Source: Macrostomum lignano (lineage: Eukaryota). Taken from it: a stretch of DNA of 64,000 nt. A program made the translations under genes and the position numbers. The number at the start of each line of letters is the position of its first letter. Within the stretch, counting starts at the first letter, position 1. Positions 23,792-35,520 of this stretch are shown here, one piece after another. The notes under the pieces were generated by a model. The model saw only the letters and a list, made by a program, of their open reading frames with translations. It did no database searches and was not told the origin of the DNA. The stretch covers positions 434,001 through 498,000 of the forward strand of contig NIVC01000038.1 in NCBI GenBank assembly GCA_002269645.1, in the 5' to 3' direction.

Positions 23792-24805
23792 ATGCGCCAC
23801 AAAATGTCCAGCCTCCTACATCTCGCTGTTCTGTGCGCCCTGCTCTCGGACTCTGACTGTGTGAACGGAGACAAAATTGCACAGCACAGAGTAGCCAACA
23901 ATGACAGCCTGAACTTGTCGGTGTGTGTGTGGCAGACGCCGCAACTCTCCGCCTCCCTGCTCGACTGCTTCGTGTCGAGTCAGTCGTTCCGTCTCGGCAG
24001 CGTCGGCGTGGTGCAGCGGAACAAGCGAGACGTGTGGTGAGGTGTGCCGCCTGCTCAACATGAGCTCGATCAACTGGACGACACCGACTGCGGGAGTGGC
24101 CGCTGAGAGCACCTGCGAAACTGTGGTGGACTCGGAGTACGACGCGATCGCTGCGAACGAGCACTTCAGCGCTGTGTGGGTCGGAGACAGGGGACCGGTG
24201 CTGGAGAACATGGTGTGCGGCTCCGAGGGACAGAGGAACCCCATGAAGTCCAGCGTCTCGGCTTTTCGTTCTCGTGGATGAACGAAGGCGCTCGCATGGA
24301 CGGAGTCTCGTCTCGGCTTTGGGTGGACGACCCCACAGGTCTGGACTTCACGGCGTCCTACACCTGGGCGCTACACCTGAAGAGAAAACCGGGTGACCAA
24401 TGTTTTATGGAGCTGTCTGCAGATTCTGAAACAGGAGGTGGCCCAACCGATCATTTCTGGGAGTACAGCAACGTTCCTGGTTTGAAGCGCTGTTTGCACC
24501 TGTTTCCAGGTGCACCCATGGCTTACCAAACCGGCTCTGTGCTGCCCTCCGATCCTGATCAGTTCTTCATTGTTGGATTGGCGTTCAACAGATTGGCGCC
24601 CAGGTGCAAATTCTTCTTCGAGTCTGCGTTTGTGCCGGAGACTATCAACAAAATGCAAACCGTTGTCTACAGCCAAGCCGGTGCTGGCATCAAGATCGGC
24701 TGGCGGTACTCATCCGGTCTGCTCGACGACGTGGTCAGGGCTGTAGGCGTGGCCACCACGGTGCTGACTGAGGACGAAATCCGCCAGCTCTTCGGCCAGT
24801 TCTGA
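23792..24805 (+). pseudogene. Secreted protein gene with PAN/apple-like N-terminus and LamG-like C-terminus, two frameshifts
   Basis: A signal peptide (MSSLLHLAVLCALL) is followed by three consecutive ORF frames joined by shifts near 23970 and 24240 (the latter in a C4 run). Domain calls are by eye from Cys spacing and beta-rich composition. Assembly indels cannot be excluded. Confidence 0.55.
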
Positions 24806-25159
24806 TTTTACGATAGCAACATGATGCATTGTGACGCATTATATATTCAGTGTTTAAAATTCCCAGTGTAATTGACGATTATGAAAACATTTGATAAACT
24901 AACAAGCTTTATAAATTTAATTAAAGTGGAATTACATTGCAATAAACAAGAAACGTTGTGTCTTGCACAATATAAATTTGAATGTCAGCGATAAAGACAC
25001 AATAAACAAAATGTTGCACCCAAAACCATATGCTTTTTTTCAATTAATATTTCCTATATTTCATTGCAAAATAAAAATTCTTATGAAAAATAAAAGTAAA
25101 GACGAATTTTTCTTTTTCAAATATAGATTTTTATGATGAATAGAATCCCAGGTAAAACC

Positions 25160-25265
25160 ATACTTCTGGAGCTGGGCAGCTGCATCGGATCCGGCAACAT
25201 GCGCGCAACCACCCGCAGGAGTTCTCAGGGATGGCCGTAGTGAGAGTCGCCCTCTACCTGAACCG
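25160..25265 (+). pseudogene. Third short fragment of the LamG-like family
   Basis: ttctggagctgggcagctgcatcggatccggcaacat...gcaggagttctcag matches the reverse complement of about 19800-19900. Confidence 0.6.
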
Positions 25266-27839
25266 ACGATCTCTTTTACTAATGGACTTTACTTAACACA
25301 TTTGAATAATTGACTCAAGGACCACTAAGAACGCTTCGTTATAGTCTAGTAGCATTTGAATTGACTCTACCTTGTAAACTGTGCGTAAATCTGTATGCAC
25401 TGAGACGAACATTACAAAGTAAGGCAGCGAAAGTCGCTGCTTTCCATCGATTCTGAGTCAAGCTAACCAAAAAGGTCGATCATTTTAATGACTAGTGGCT
25501 AAGAGCCGTTCTTATCGAAACCACGGCCTGATATATTTGTGCCTAAAACAGTCGTTGCAAGAATCATAAAGATAATTTTCGAGTATCCAAGAACCACATT
25601 GGGTAGAAGATTTGAACCCGTACCTTTCGCAACTGCCGCCTTGTAGTTGCTCAGCTGGGCATGGCTGAAGAGCCTCGCAGAGAACGGGGCAGATATTCCC
25701 TAAAAAAGTACAACGCTCGCCCGGGAAATCTTTTTAACAAGACCCATGCAGCTGGTTGCTCCGCGCAGTATGAATATTTTAGATGTAAGTAAGCCGCAGG
25801 GAAAAGCTTGTCTCGTCTCTTTGAGAAGGCCTTTTCTTTAACGGCTTGAATGACAAGTTTCCTTTCTTCCATTCTTGTCATTTGGTGTCTTTCCTTTGCA
25901 TTATCTGACAGTTGTCGAGATCGTTTCAAACACGAATGAGGTTAAAATTTCTGATTGCTGTAAAGACAATTATGCATGCTGTTTTGGGGCAGCAGATGCG
26001 ATGAAAACTTAATCTTCCGAACAGCTTGATATGCATTGCCGATTGCTGTTTGATTGACATTGATAGAACTATACGGCATCCTGTGAACTCTACAGCAGCC
26101 TAAAGTAGAAAATCAAAGAGAAAATTTTAAATCGAACATAGTAAGCTTTAGCAAGGATATCACTAAGTATCTGCATGTATAAGGAATAGAAGACACATCT
26201 TAAGCCGGGCGTCAAAGTGAAACTATTGAAGAAGCAGCACCCGAAAAACAATCCGACGTCGCTCTAAAATATTTAATTTTACATTACAATGACGTTTAAC
26301 CGACTAAACATCGTTATCCGTCGGCGTAATGTAGAAATACTTATTATCAAGCGAGTTCATCGACATTGGGACATTGGGTACGTCGTCGGCACTTTGGAAT
26401 GTTGCACGGGCCAGAGACCAGTCGTCAGAAAAAAATTGCACGGACAACCAGCCCAAACCTTACAGCCCGTAGAAGTCAGCATCGGGACGGACGGAGCAGC
26501 ACTCTCATATGAAATCTAGAGATTTTCATGTTATCTCGTGTATTATCTAACCCCCGAATATGGTCCTTAGGAGTGGACTGGACTCAGATTGGAGTGGGGA
26601 GTGCACAGAGATTAATACTAGTAACATATGTGTTAAAACTTGTTAATGCGATTGAGTACTACGAGTAGAAATAGGAGTTAACTAAATTAATGAGCATAGA
26701 GTGATCGAGGCACGTTTACCAGTATGAAAAAAAACATTAAGCCTGGGACAGGGAAGAAGAAGTATTGAATATATTGCTACATGTACAAGTCGCAATGATA
26801 ACACTCAGCCAAGAGACAGGAGCAAGCGACTAAAAAGGGAGTAAAGGAAAGGGAAGGTGTGAAAGTCCAGAGGCAGAAAATAAAAAGCTGTGAAGGGAGT
26901 TGCATCAGATGCACGGGGGCGGAGAAGCAGTTCTACTCGTAGAAAGGCTCTGCACAATTGCTTTAGAATCGATTGCGTACGTTGCTGGCTGAAATTTGGC
27001 ATTTATTTACTTTATTAAACTGAGGCTCGTCTAATATTCTTTCTGTAATTATAAAGATATTGTGGCGTCTGGCCTCTTGAGTGCTCTTGCGCTTGGTCGT
27101 TCGAATTTTTTGCGTGCGCCCTAGACGGCCATCCCCAGACCAGTCCCGGCCCGGCTTGAGTCCTCCGCCGCGGCGGCTACTGATTGGCTGGGCTTGTGTT
27201 TTTCTTTTCTCTCTACTACCCGCGACGGCCTCTGATTAGCTGGGCCTGTGAGTTTGTGCTTTTCACTCTAGCCCCCATTCAATCAGATCTGCTCGGCGGG
27301 CACGCTAATTGGCTGAAGGGTCGTTTCTTTTGTTTGGCGTCTCTCTCTCTCACACACTGTCTGCCTCAGTCTGGCCCCAGTCAGCATTTCCCTCCAAATT
27401 CTAAGTCAGTATCAGCACAAGGACCACTAGGAACACTTTGTTGTAGTCTAGTACGGTAGTCCTTGCATCAGCATTGGTGGATCGATGATGTGATAATGTT
27501 AATATTTCACGTCGCTAATTTTGACACTTCGCTGCCCGAAGCCTGAGATTCCTGAGGTCCCCCTAAGCCCTGTATGTAGAATTAAAGAATGCACCACACC
27601 AATCCAATTTTTAATTGCATGCAGATAATTAAAATGGACGCCTATTTTTTTAACCTTTTCCTCTCTTCAGTTGGTGGTCCAACTCTTTACTACTTCCAAA
27701 AACATTAGTTTAAAACCTTTAATAGCCTGACTATCAATATTTCCTCCCCGGACTAAATTACCAACAGTAGTATAAATGCGTATCTGTGCTATATCTGTGC
27801 CCCAGCCTCAGCTTGAAAGGCCGGCACGGTGATACAGTG

Positions 27840-28330
27840 CCGCGCTGTAATCTCGCTCGTTGCCGAAACACGAAGGCCGTCCGTCAGCATCCATGGCTCT
27901 GCGTTGTATAGTGCGACGGTCTCGACCACCGCCTGGAACATCGCCACTCTCAGGCGGTCAGATGGGGCCTCAGACTTCAGGACAACCCTAACAGACCGAA
28001 AGGGGCAGCTCAAGAAAGTCCACGGCGACGCTGTGCTAATCCTCGCAGACACCGGAAACCGGAATGCAGAGGGTAGATGAACTGTAAGCTTTGGTTTGGT
28101 CAGAGACCTCATGCACCTGTCATCTGCACCTCGGCACAACCTTTCAGCCTCGACGTCATCCAGCACGCAGAGCACGACGGCCTTCTGCAGCCAGTTTGAG
28201 CAGAATCGCTTAAGCCATACTGCGACGAACTTATCAGCAATCGTTGCGATTCGAACGCTATCGAGAAGTAATAGTCTTTCAATCCGATAGTTTTGTTCGC
28301 ACCTGAATCGTAGCGTATGGAGGACTGCAA
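27840..28330 (-). mobile_element. Decayed RTE-like LINE RT 3' remnant (duplication copy A)
   Basis: MFQAVVETVALYNAEPWMLTD matches the recalled RTE C-terminal motif LF.A.VES.LLYG.E.W.LT. Confidence 0.6.
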
Positions 28331-28819
28331 CGCCATTCAGTCTAAAGCAATTGTGCAGAACCGTTAGGCTGGATATTGGCATCATTTTAATGATTCTTGC
28401 AGCCAACGGCAGCACAATGTCTACTCAATAAATATTGTTAACAACTGAATATAGGGGAATTCGGCATTAACAGGAGAATTAAGGTCACCAAATCATAGCA
28501 TGCTTGATTCAAAGAAATCGAGATCTGTATTTGTAAGACTGTAATTCGTTAGAACAACTGTTTTTTAGAATTGGCAATAGCTAGTGTGGGGTTGTCTAGA
28601 TTGCATCAATAAGAGACCATTTAAAAATTGCGCAAAATTATATTAACCTTTTTAAAATGCTTTGTATTAAAAGCTGGCATAAGTAAAGCCTGGATGAAGT
28701 TCTCTTTTTGCGCATCTGACTGCACATAAGTATACACTGCTGTTGATAAACTGTAGTAATATTAATGGATTACACCTGCCCTAATTTTCACATGTGCAAC
28801 CAACAGCTTACCCATAGCA

Positions 28820-29060
28820 ATTACGCGGCGTATCTGAAGGCTGCGTACGACTCTTCAGACGAAGGATTGGTGGACCGCCACACTCAGCCTCATTTACCTT
28901 AGCTAATGCTGGCACCCATTTACAGCAGGGTAAATTGAAGCAATGCAGAGATAAGTTAAGTGTCTTATTCAAGCACACAATTAGTTCCGAGTGGGTCTAG
29001 AATCGAACCCCCGATCTTTCAGTCATGAGTCCGCCGCTTTAACCACTAGGCTACAACCCC
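28820..29060 (-). mobile_element. tRNA-derived SINE with CORE/Meta-like central domain (copy A)
   Basis: The minus strand has A box TAGCCTAGTGG and B box GGTTCGATTC, then GTGCTTGAATAAGACACTTAAC...CTTCAATTTACCCTGCTGTAAATGGG, which resembles recalled CORE/Meta-SINE consensus. Confidence 0.7.
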
Positions 29061-29422
29061 AGTTCAATTTTATTTACACGATTTCACAAGTTGGCAAAGC
29101 AGAAACTGCAGAAAGACTATGTACACACTTTTACGCCTTCTGTACAAAATCTTATCTACAAAAAACACCAACCTCTCTCCCTCCGTCTGCTGTCTGCGTG
29201 CAATTCTGGGTCAATTTTGATCGTTTCCTGCAAAAGCTTGTACAGTCCTTTCCCCCAAATCTAATCGTATTCATGGAAGAGGAGAAAATGTTTTATTTCA
29301 CTATCTTGCAGAAGGTTGATCATATAAAACAGTTTTTTCATATGTTTCAGTAAAGTCTCCGCTCAGGCATAAATACGGAAGAAGCCCTTCACAGCTCAGC
29401 AGCTAAAATCTCAGCATTAAAA

Positions 29423-30979
29423 ATGTCGTCAGACGCGAACGCCACTCAGTGCAGCATCAGAGCATGCAATAAATCGATCCACGATGAGGGACCCCGCACC
29501 GGAGTGTCTCTGTGCAGAGTTCACTTCGACAAGGAGGTGCTTTAGCTCACTGAGCAGAAGGACATCCTGATGAAGAAGCTGCGCGCTCTTAGGGACTTCT
29601 CAGACACGTCGCAGCTGCGAGTTGAGCAGAGCGCGCTAGCAGCAGAGATCGAGGACGTTAGAGAGATGTTCGACGAGCTGGAGGAGGAGCTGCGACAGTG
29701 GCGGCAGCGGACAGAGGCTCGAGTGCAGGCGGTGCACGACTCGGTAGCTGATCACCTGAGAGACGCGTCGGAGGCGGAGCAGTGCGAGAAGGACCTGACG
29801 GCTGCTTCCGAGGCTGGAGACGTGCGGGAGATGGCGAAGCTTGCAGCCACCACCGAGCTGTGGCTGGAAGAGGCCAGCGAGCGATCGGCGAAGTTTAACG
29901 AGACTCGTTTGAAGCTGCGCGAGCGGCAAAGCTCGGTGAGTCATGGACTCAGTAGTGATGTGGTCGTTCGGTCCGTCGGAGACGTCGCGGCAGGTGTGCA
30001 GCAGCTGAAGCTCGTCATCAACAAGCATATGACTAGCGTGATGCAGCAGTGCTGGCTTGAAGATGAAGATGGACAGACTTCGACCAACAGGTCAATGACT
30101 ACAATTGACAAACTTGAAGATCAACCATGTCTCTTGTGTTGCTGCTCAAACACTGCTGGATTTGTCTGCGACTCAGCAGGTCGCATTGCAAAGGCTGGAC
30201 CATCGAGCTCTGGCACCAAGCCGCTGCCTCAACCGAGCATCTTTATTTCATTTGACGAGAAAAAAGTAGATTATTTGCAGGTGGTGTCTCTCGATGGAAG
30301 CGAGAGGCTGGAGTACCACTCAAAACTGAACTGGAGAGAATTTATCACCGGACTTCACTGCGACAATGAGAAGCAGATGCTGTTTGTGAGCCAGTATCGG
30401 TCTGTGACAGTTTCTGACCTGAGCGGAGAAATTACTCGAATAATCACGGCAGAGAGCCTGGGCCTGAGTGCTTTAGGAGTTCATGCCATTTGCGGGAACA
30501 TGGACAAACTGTTTGTGTCAAATATGAACTTAAAAGGTGTTAATTTAGTCAGCAAAAAGTCCGGAAATCTCGAGAGCTCACTTGACGTTTCACATCTTGG
30601 TGACAATTTGGACGAGATCGCCCTACACGGAAGCAAGATTTTGCTGGTAGATAATAGTCTCGGCAAGATTCGTAAAATATGCTCCATCAACGGTCAGCTG
30701 ATCTCGGGTTATCCTGCCGAAGCCGATAGCAGATTGATCCGGCCTGTTCAAGTCGCTGTGGACAGCAGAGGTGTTCTGTTCGTCACAGATGCTGTGAATA
30801 ACACAGTTTGTGCGTTTTTATGCTCGGGAGAACTTCTTCAGACTTTTGGCGGGATACGGCAAGAAGAAAGTTTTTTTTCAAAACCCTTTGGTTTGATTGT
30901 TGTGCAGTCAGAATCAGGTGAGTTGCTAGTTGTTGCCGATTGTCATAATAGTTGTCTGCGAGTCTTCCCGTTGGATTAA
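29423..30979 (+). pseudogene. NHL-repeat / coiled-coil gene, copy A, with premature TAG at 29543-29545
   Basis: Colinear with the intact 519-aa copy at 44272. AAG is changed to TAG at codon 41, and the remaining 469-aa ORF from ATG 29570 is open. Confidence 0.75.
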
Positions 30980-31489
30980 AAAGCCAACGAACAAACCTAT
31001 AAATCAAGGATCATTGATACTCTATTGGAATTTAAAATTTCCGTGAAAATTTCTAACATTTTTGTTTATTCTTTTAGAACTATTGTGTTGCAGAAGCAAG
31101 CTAAATTAAGACTTTGAAATGCAACGCTCCTATTATAGCCATTTATGTATAATTTGCTTGATGTGCTACATATTTTAGTGCCGATATTCAGTATTCTTAT
31201 TCTTAAAGACGCGACTAGATATCTTATTTATCATAGCATAATACAGTAATGAATTGCCATCCAGTTCAAAACTTCTTTCTGATAAATAATGCGGATCTGA
31301 CTTATTGTTTAATCTGTTTTTTGAAAATTTTAATATTAATTACAATGTGTTCTGGTCATTACTTTAAAAATTAAAAACACAGAAATTAATCTACTATATA
31401 CTATCATTTCGATAACCGTTATCGGTTATCGTTATCGCCTTAACGTTATCGATTAACGTTATCGCCCTTAACGATAACGTTATCGACTC

Positions 31490-31790
31490 CTGTAGCAAAG
31501 AAAACAAATTGAACATTCTCGAGGCTATGTACATCAAGGCTCAGAAACCAAGTTTGAACAGCCAGTTAGCCATGGGGGGTGCAAGCCGCCAACTCAATGT
31601 GTTTTAGCTACGTTGGCAGTCTCGTTGAACTTTATTTAGGTTTTCTTTCTCTTGCTAACCGGACTGGACTGAAATTGATTTGCACTTGGCATTGTACAGT
31701 CTTCATTTCTTAAATAAAATATATAACTTGGTTCTGTGTGATTAATTGACGCGTCTGCCCTGAAGATGAAGATGAAGATGAAGATGAAGA
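31490..31790 (+). mobile_element. Penelope-like element 3' fragment (GIY-YIG C-terminus + 3' tail)
   Basis: KENKLNILEAMYIKAQKPSLNSQ...LNVF* (stop 31605-31607) fits the recalled PLE motif L.ILEA.YI...KP.LN.Q. It ends in ctgaagat followed by (gaagat)n and is absent from duplication copy B. Confidence 0.7.
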
Positions 31791-31963
31791 TTTTGAGTTT
31801 GCTCTACTTAATTGTTGTTAAGCGAGCAACCCTACCCGATTTTGGCACTATCACGAGCGCTAAGCCTTGCAGATTTGAATAACTTTTTGTGTCTTTTAGT
31901 GACTTAGCGACTTTAACTATTTTTGGACTAAATTGGAATCTCGGCTTGGGTCTGCTCGTGCAA

Positions 31964-34517
31964 CCCAGTGAAAAAAAGTATATGGATTCCATGTGGATTT
32001 TTCATATGAAATCCATATGTGCATTTGTCTCCGTCCATCCATGTGGAATTGAGATATGGATTCCACATGGAAGATCCACATGGAAGTAATTATGTATTTC
32101 ACATAGAATCCACATTGTCATTGAGTAAACAGCCATTATACTGGTTGCCATAATAAATTGTTGCATCCTAAATCTCAAAATAATATCAGATCTCAAAATT
32201 TCATATGAACCCCAGATCTCAATACCATATAAAAGAAACTGAAACACAGATAAAAACACTAGCTATAGCGAAAAAATATTTCTGCACAAAAATATATTCA
32301 AAAAGGATGTCTCAATAAGTAAGGTGTATTTATATACAGTAGTGAGTCACTGGCACACAAAGAATAAACACACTGATATAGATATTGATATCTTTAAAGT
32401 TGCGCTGCGCATATGATATAATATATAATTTGAAATTGACATTGTCAATAGCATTATTTAATTAACAATAATATAATGCACCAGAATTAGAACAGTCAGA
32501 AACATGCTGCTGCCAATTGCCAGAATGCTGCTTCTTCAGGTTAGGTGAGAAACCTTAGAAAAGAAAGGGGTTAAATTACAGAATTTTATAACAGATTGAT
32601 GATAGATTTTGTAATAGATTTTGATAGATTTTGATCTTATAACAGATTTTGATGACAGAAAAAAATCAGTTTATAACTAAAACTTACCATTGCTTCACAA
32701 AAGGTAGCATTCTAGATATTATATTCAAATTCCAAGTAGCTTTGCATGCTTCTTCAAAGGCAAGACCAAGGTGACATCCAAGTTTGAGGATGGGCCATGT
32801 AATGTTAGGCTGAAATGAAATAGAAAAATAATTGTTGCCAATTAAGATTGATAGATTATATTGATATAATTCATAAAACTAATTTAAGGATGAATACTTA
32901 ATAAAGTTTATTTTAAAATTAACTAGGCCTAAGTTCTAGGTTTATTTTTTTATGCGCAAAGTGTGCATATGCGCCTTAAATTTTAAAATTGCACCTTGAA
33001 AATTGAAATTAAAAAGTGGATACAGTTTAGGTGCGATTTCATTACCTATTTTTCTGTTGAAGCCTTATTTGCACTGCCTTTATATAAGAAAAAAGAGAAA
33101 TTGCATTCTAAGCCTTAAAATCATAAAACCCTGAAAGTGAGCATAGGATATAATTTTGCACTTTGTCTCTAGCAAAAAAGAAAACCCTACCTAAGTCAAT
33201 CAATAAACCAATGAAATAATAAGTACAAAAATAATTAATATATGTTTCTATAAATTTAATTTTTTATATTAAAATTGATTTTAAACTATAAAGTATTTAG
33301 GCAAAGCAATGCATGTTTTTTTATATTTGCTGGCCTAGTATGATTTAACATTAGGCCTAAGCTTAAATAGCTAGGGGGCCTATGCCCTATGCCTATGGCT
33401 ATTAAATTCTGGACTTGGCCTAAATCAGATCAAATTTACAATAATCATTATTTATTTATAATAGCAACCTTAGGGATCTGCTAGGCTAGCTATGCCAAAA
33501 GCAAGTTGCAAGTGTAAATGCAGAATTATTTATTATAATTAATAATACTGTTTTTAAAAATGCAACAAGTCCAAAAGATGCTAATAAGCTTTTTTGAAGA
33601 AAATCATAAATTAATAGATTTTTAACAGATTAACTAGATTGACTAGTCACAATTCACAAAGTCAAGCTAGTCCCAACTCCCAACCTTAATTAAAATAGGA
33701 CCTAAATTGATAGTTATAGGCCTAGCTTAAAATAGGCCTAATAAGCATACATATAAATAGATAGATAGGACTAAGAGGAAATTATGAACTTCTAAAGGCC
33801 TATTTAAGTTAAAAAATGAGTAGCCAATCTATGGACATGGCCATGGGATTCCTAGAAATTGGATAGGGCCTAGGCCTAAATAAATTTATCATGGATTTTA
33901 CCAAAAGTATTAGGCCTATCTATGATAAAATACTGATTTATCTAATTTCTAATCCCATGGAGGCCATGGCCTTATACTCGTAAGTTATTGCCTATAGGCT
34001 AGGTCTACTAAAATTTTTAAGGTGCTTAAATAGCCATAAACAAGGCACTTTATCTTTCAAGGCCTTGGACCAAGACATTGACGAATATAAAATAAAATTA
34101 ATTTAATTTTAAAACGTACGAAACGTTTTTTATTGTTAACTTCTATTTTGTCTATTTTAACAAACAGTATCTTATTTTCCGATTATAATTTAGCTTTTAG
34201 ATAATAATTTTTACTTAAAAGCATATAAATATAATAATTAATTTTAGTAATTTCATAAAAACGTCTGAATAAGGTGTATCACAGTTTTTTATCGAAGTGG
34301 ATTCCATGTTGAATCAATATACGCTTATTTCTCATGAATTCCTTGTAAAATCCACATCAACATTAGGACAGTAAAAATAAAAAAATAATGCATAAAAAAT
34401 ACTTTGCATACCATTATGTCATCTTTAAGTCATTAATTTGCAAAAATTAAAGAAACATTTAAATTCCACATGGCCACGTGGAACCCACGTGGAATCCATG
34501 AATCATTTTTCACTGGG
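31964..34517. mobile_element. Non-autonomous CMC/EnSpm-like DNA transposon
   Basis: TIRs are CCCAGTGAAAAA ... TTTTTCACTGGG with ATGGATTCCAyGTGG subterminal repeats. The 2-bp TSD is AA (empty site gtgcaattaac). CCC termini with a 2-bp TSD fit animal CMC elements (established knowledge). Confidence 0.8.
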
Positions 34518-34633
34518 AATTAACAAACTTGACGGCCAACCCTCAAAGCACATTAAAGTGTACATACCTTACCTAACGATAAATAAAGTTACGGCCGCTG
34601 TACACTCCTATGTGAGTATGTGTGACTCAGGGG

Positions 34634-35483
34634 CAGTGTTGGGCAAGTTACTCAAAAAAAGTAACTTGCGTTACTGTAACTTAAGTTACCAATTTTTAAA
34701 AAGTAACTTACGTTAGCCTAGTAACTTTAGACTAAAACCTGGTAACTTTTAAGTTACTGTCCGTTATTCACTTCCGTTACCCATGTTATTAACAAAATTT
34801 TCTGCTTTTTTCACATTGCACATTTTTTCACATTGTTGTTACCGAAATTTGCCATTGGGCATTGGATTAACCGATTAACAGACAGAGACAGGAATTGGCG
34901 ACACGATGTGAGGCAAATAGAAGGACCAATGGGCAATGGCAATCAATAATTGAAATTATAAATTATAAAATAAACGAATATCAATAATTCAACAGAGTAA
35001 AATAAATAGAACTGTATAAAATGGTGTAGTGTACTGCAGTGCCAGTGGAGGGACTTGTGGAGGCTAAAGATGAATTTCTTTCTTTGGTTGTTTGTTTGAA
35101 TCAAACTTGAAAATTTTTAGTAACGAAAATGAAAAGCGAAAATATTTTACCGAAATTAACAAAGTAAAACATGTTTCAAGTATTTCTTCATTAATTAAGC
35201 GCAAAACCATATGATACTATTCACTTAATTTTGAATTTAGGAATGAAAAATGCAAAAACATGTGACAACCGGCGTAATAGCTAAGAATTTCAGTTTTCAA
35301 ACTGAATTTCAAATTTAAATATTGCGATTGTTGCAAAGTAACTGTAACGGACTTCCGAAATTTGAGTAACTTCCGTTACTCCGTTACTAAAATAAAAAAG
35401 TAACTTGCGTAAGGAACGCTTTACGAAAAAGTAACTTGCGTTACCATTTGCAAGTTACTCGGTAACGGAAGTGCCCAACACTG
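34634..35483. mobile_element. hAT-type MITE (850 bp)
   Basis: TIRs are CAGTGTTGGGCA / TGCCCAACACTG. The 8-bp TSD ctcagggg lies at 34626-34633 and 35484-35491, and there are many GTAAC/GTTAC subterminal repeats. Confidence 0.93.
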
Positions 35484-35520
35484 CTCAGGGGAGTCGGCGG
35501 AATGGGCAGTAATGCTTTTC

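Noticed and set aside
25651-25929. 92-aa minus-strand ORF, and the ORFs at 56241-56654 and 63317-63881
   Set aside because: I found no recognisable motif and no consistent splice partners, so these are not supportable as genes.
28985-29060. Functional tRNA genes at 28985-29060, 43885-43956 and 61275-61345
   Set aside because: A and B boxes are present, but the anticodon and acceptor stems do not pair convincingly, and each runs into a repeated body, as SINE heads do.
29636-30028. Antisense ORFs within the NHL genes (also 44370-44877)
   Set aside because: They are shadows of GC-rich coiled-coil codon usage.
31755-31800. Intact hammerhead ribozyme
   Set aside because: CTGAAGA is present, but no stem II or GAAA/stem III arrangement follows.
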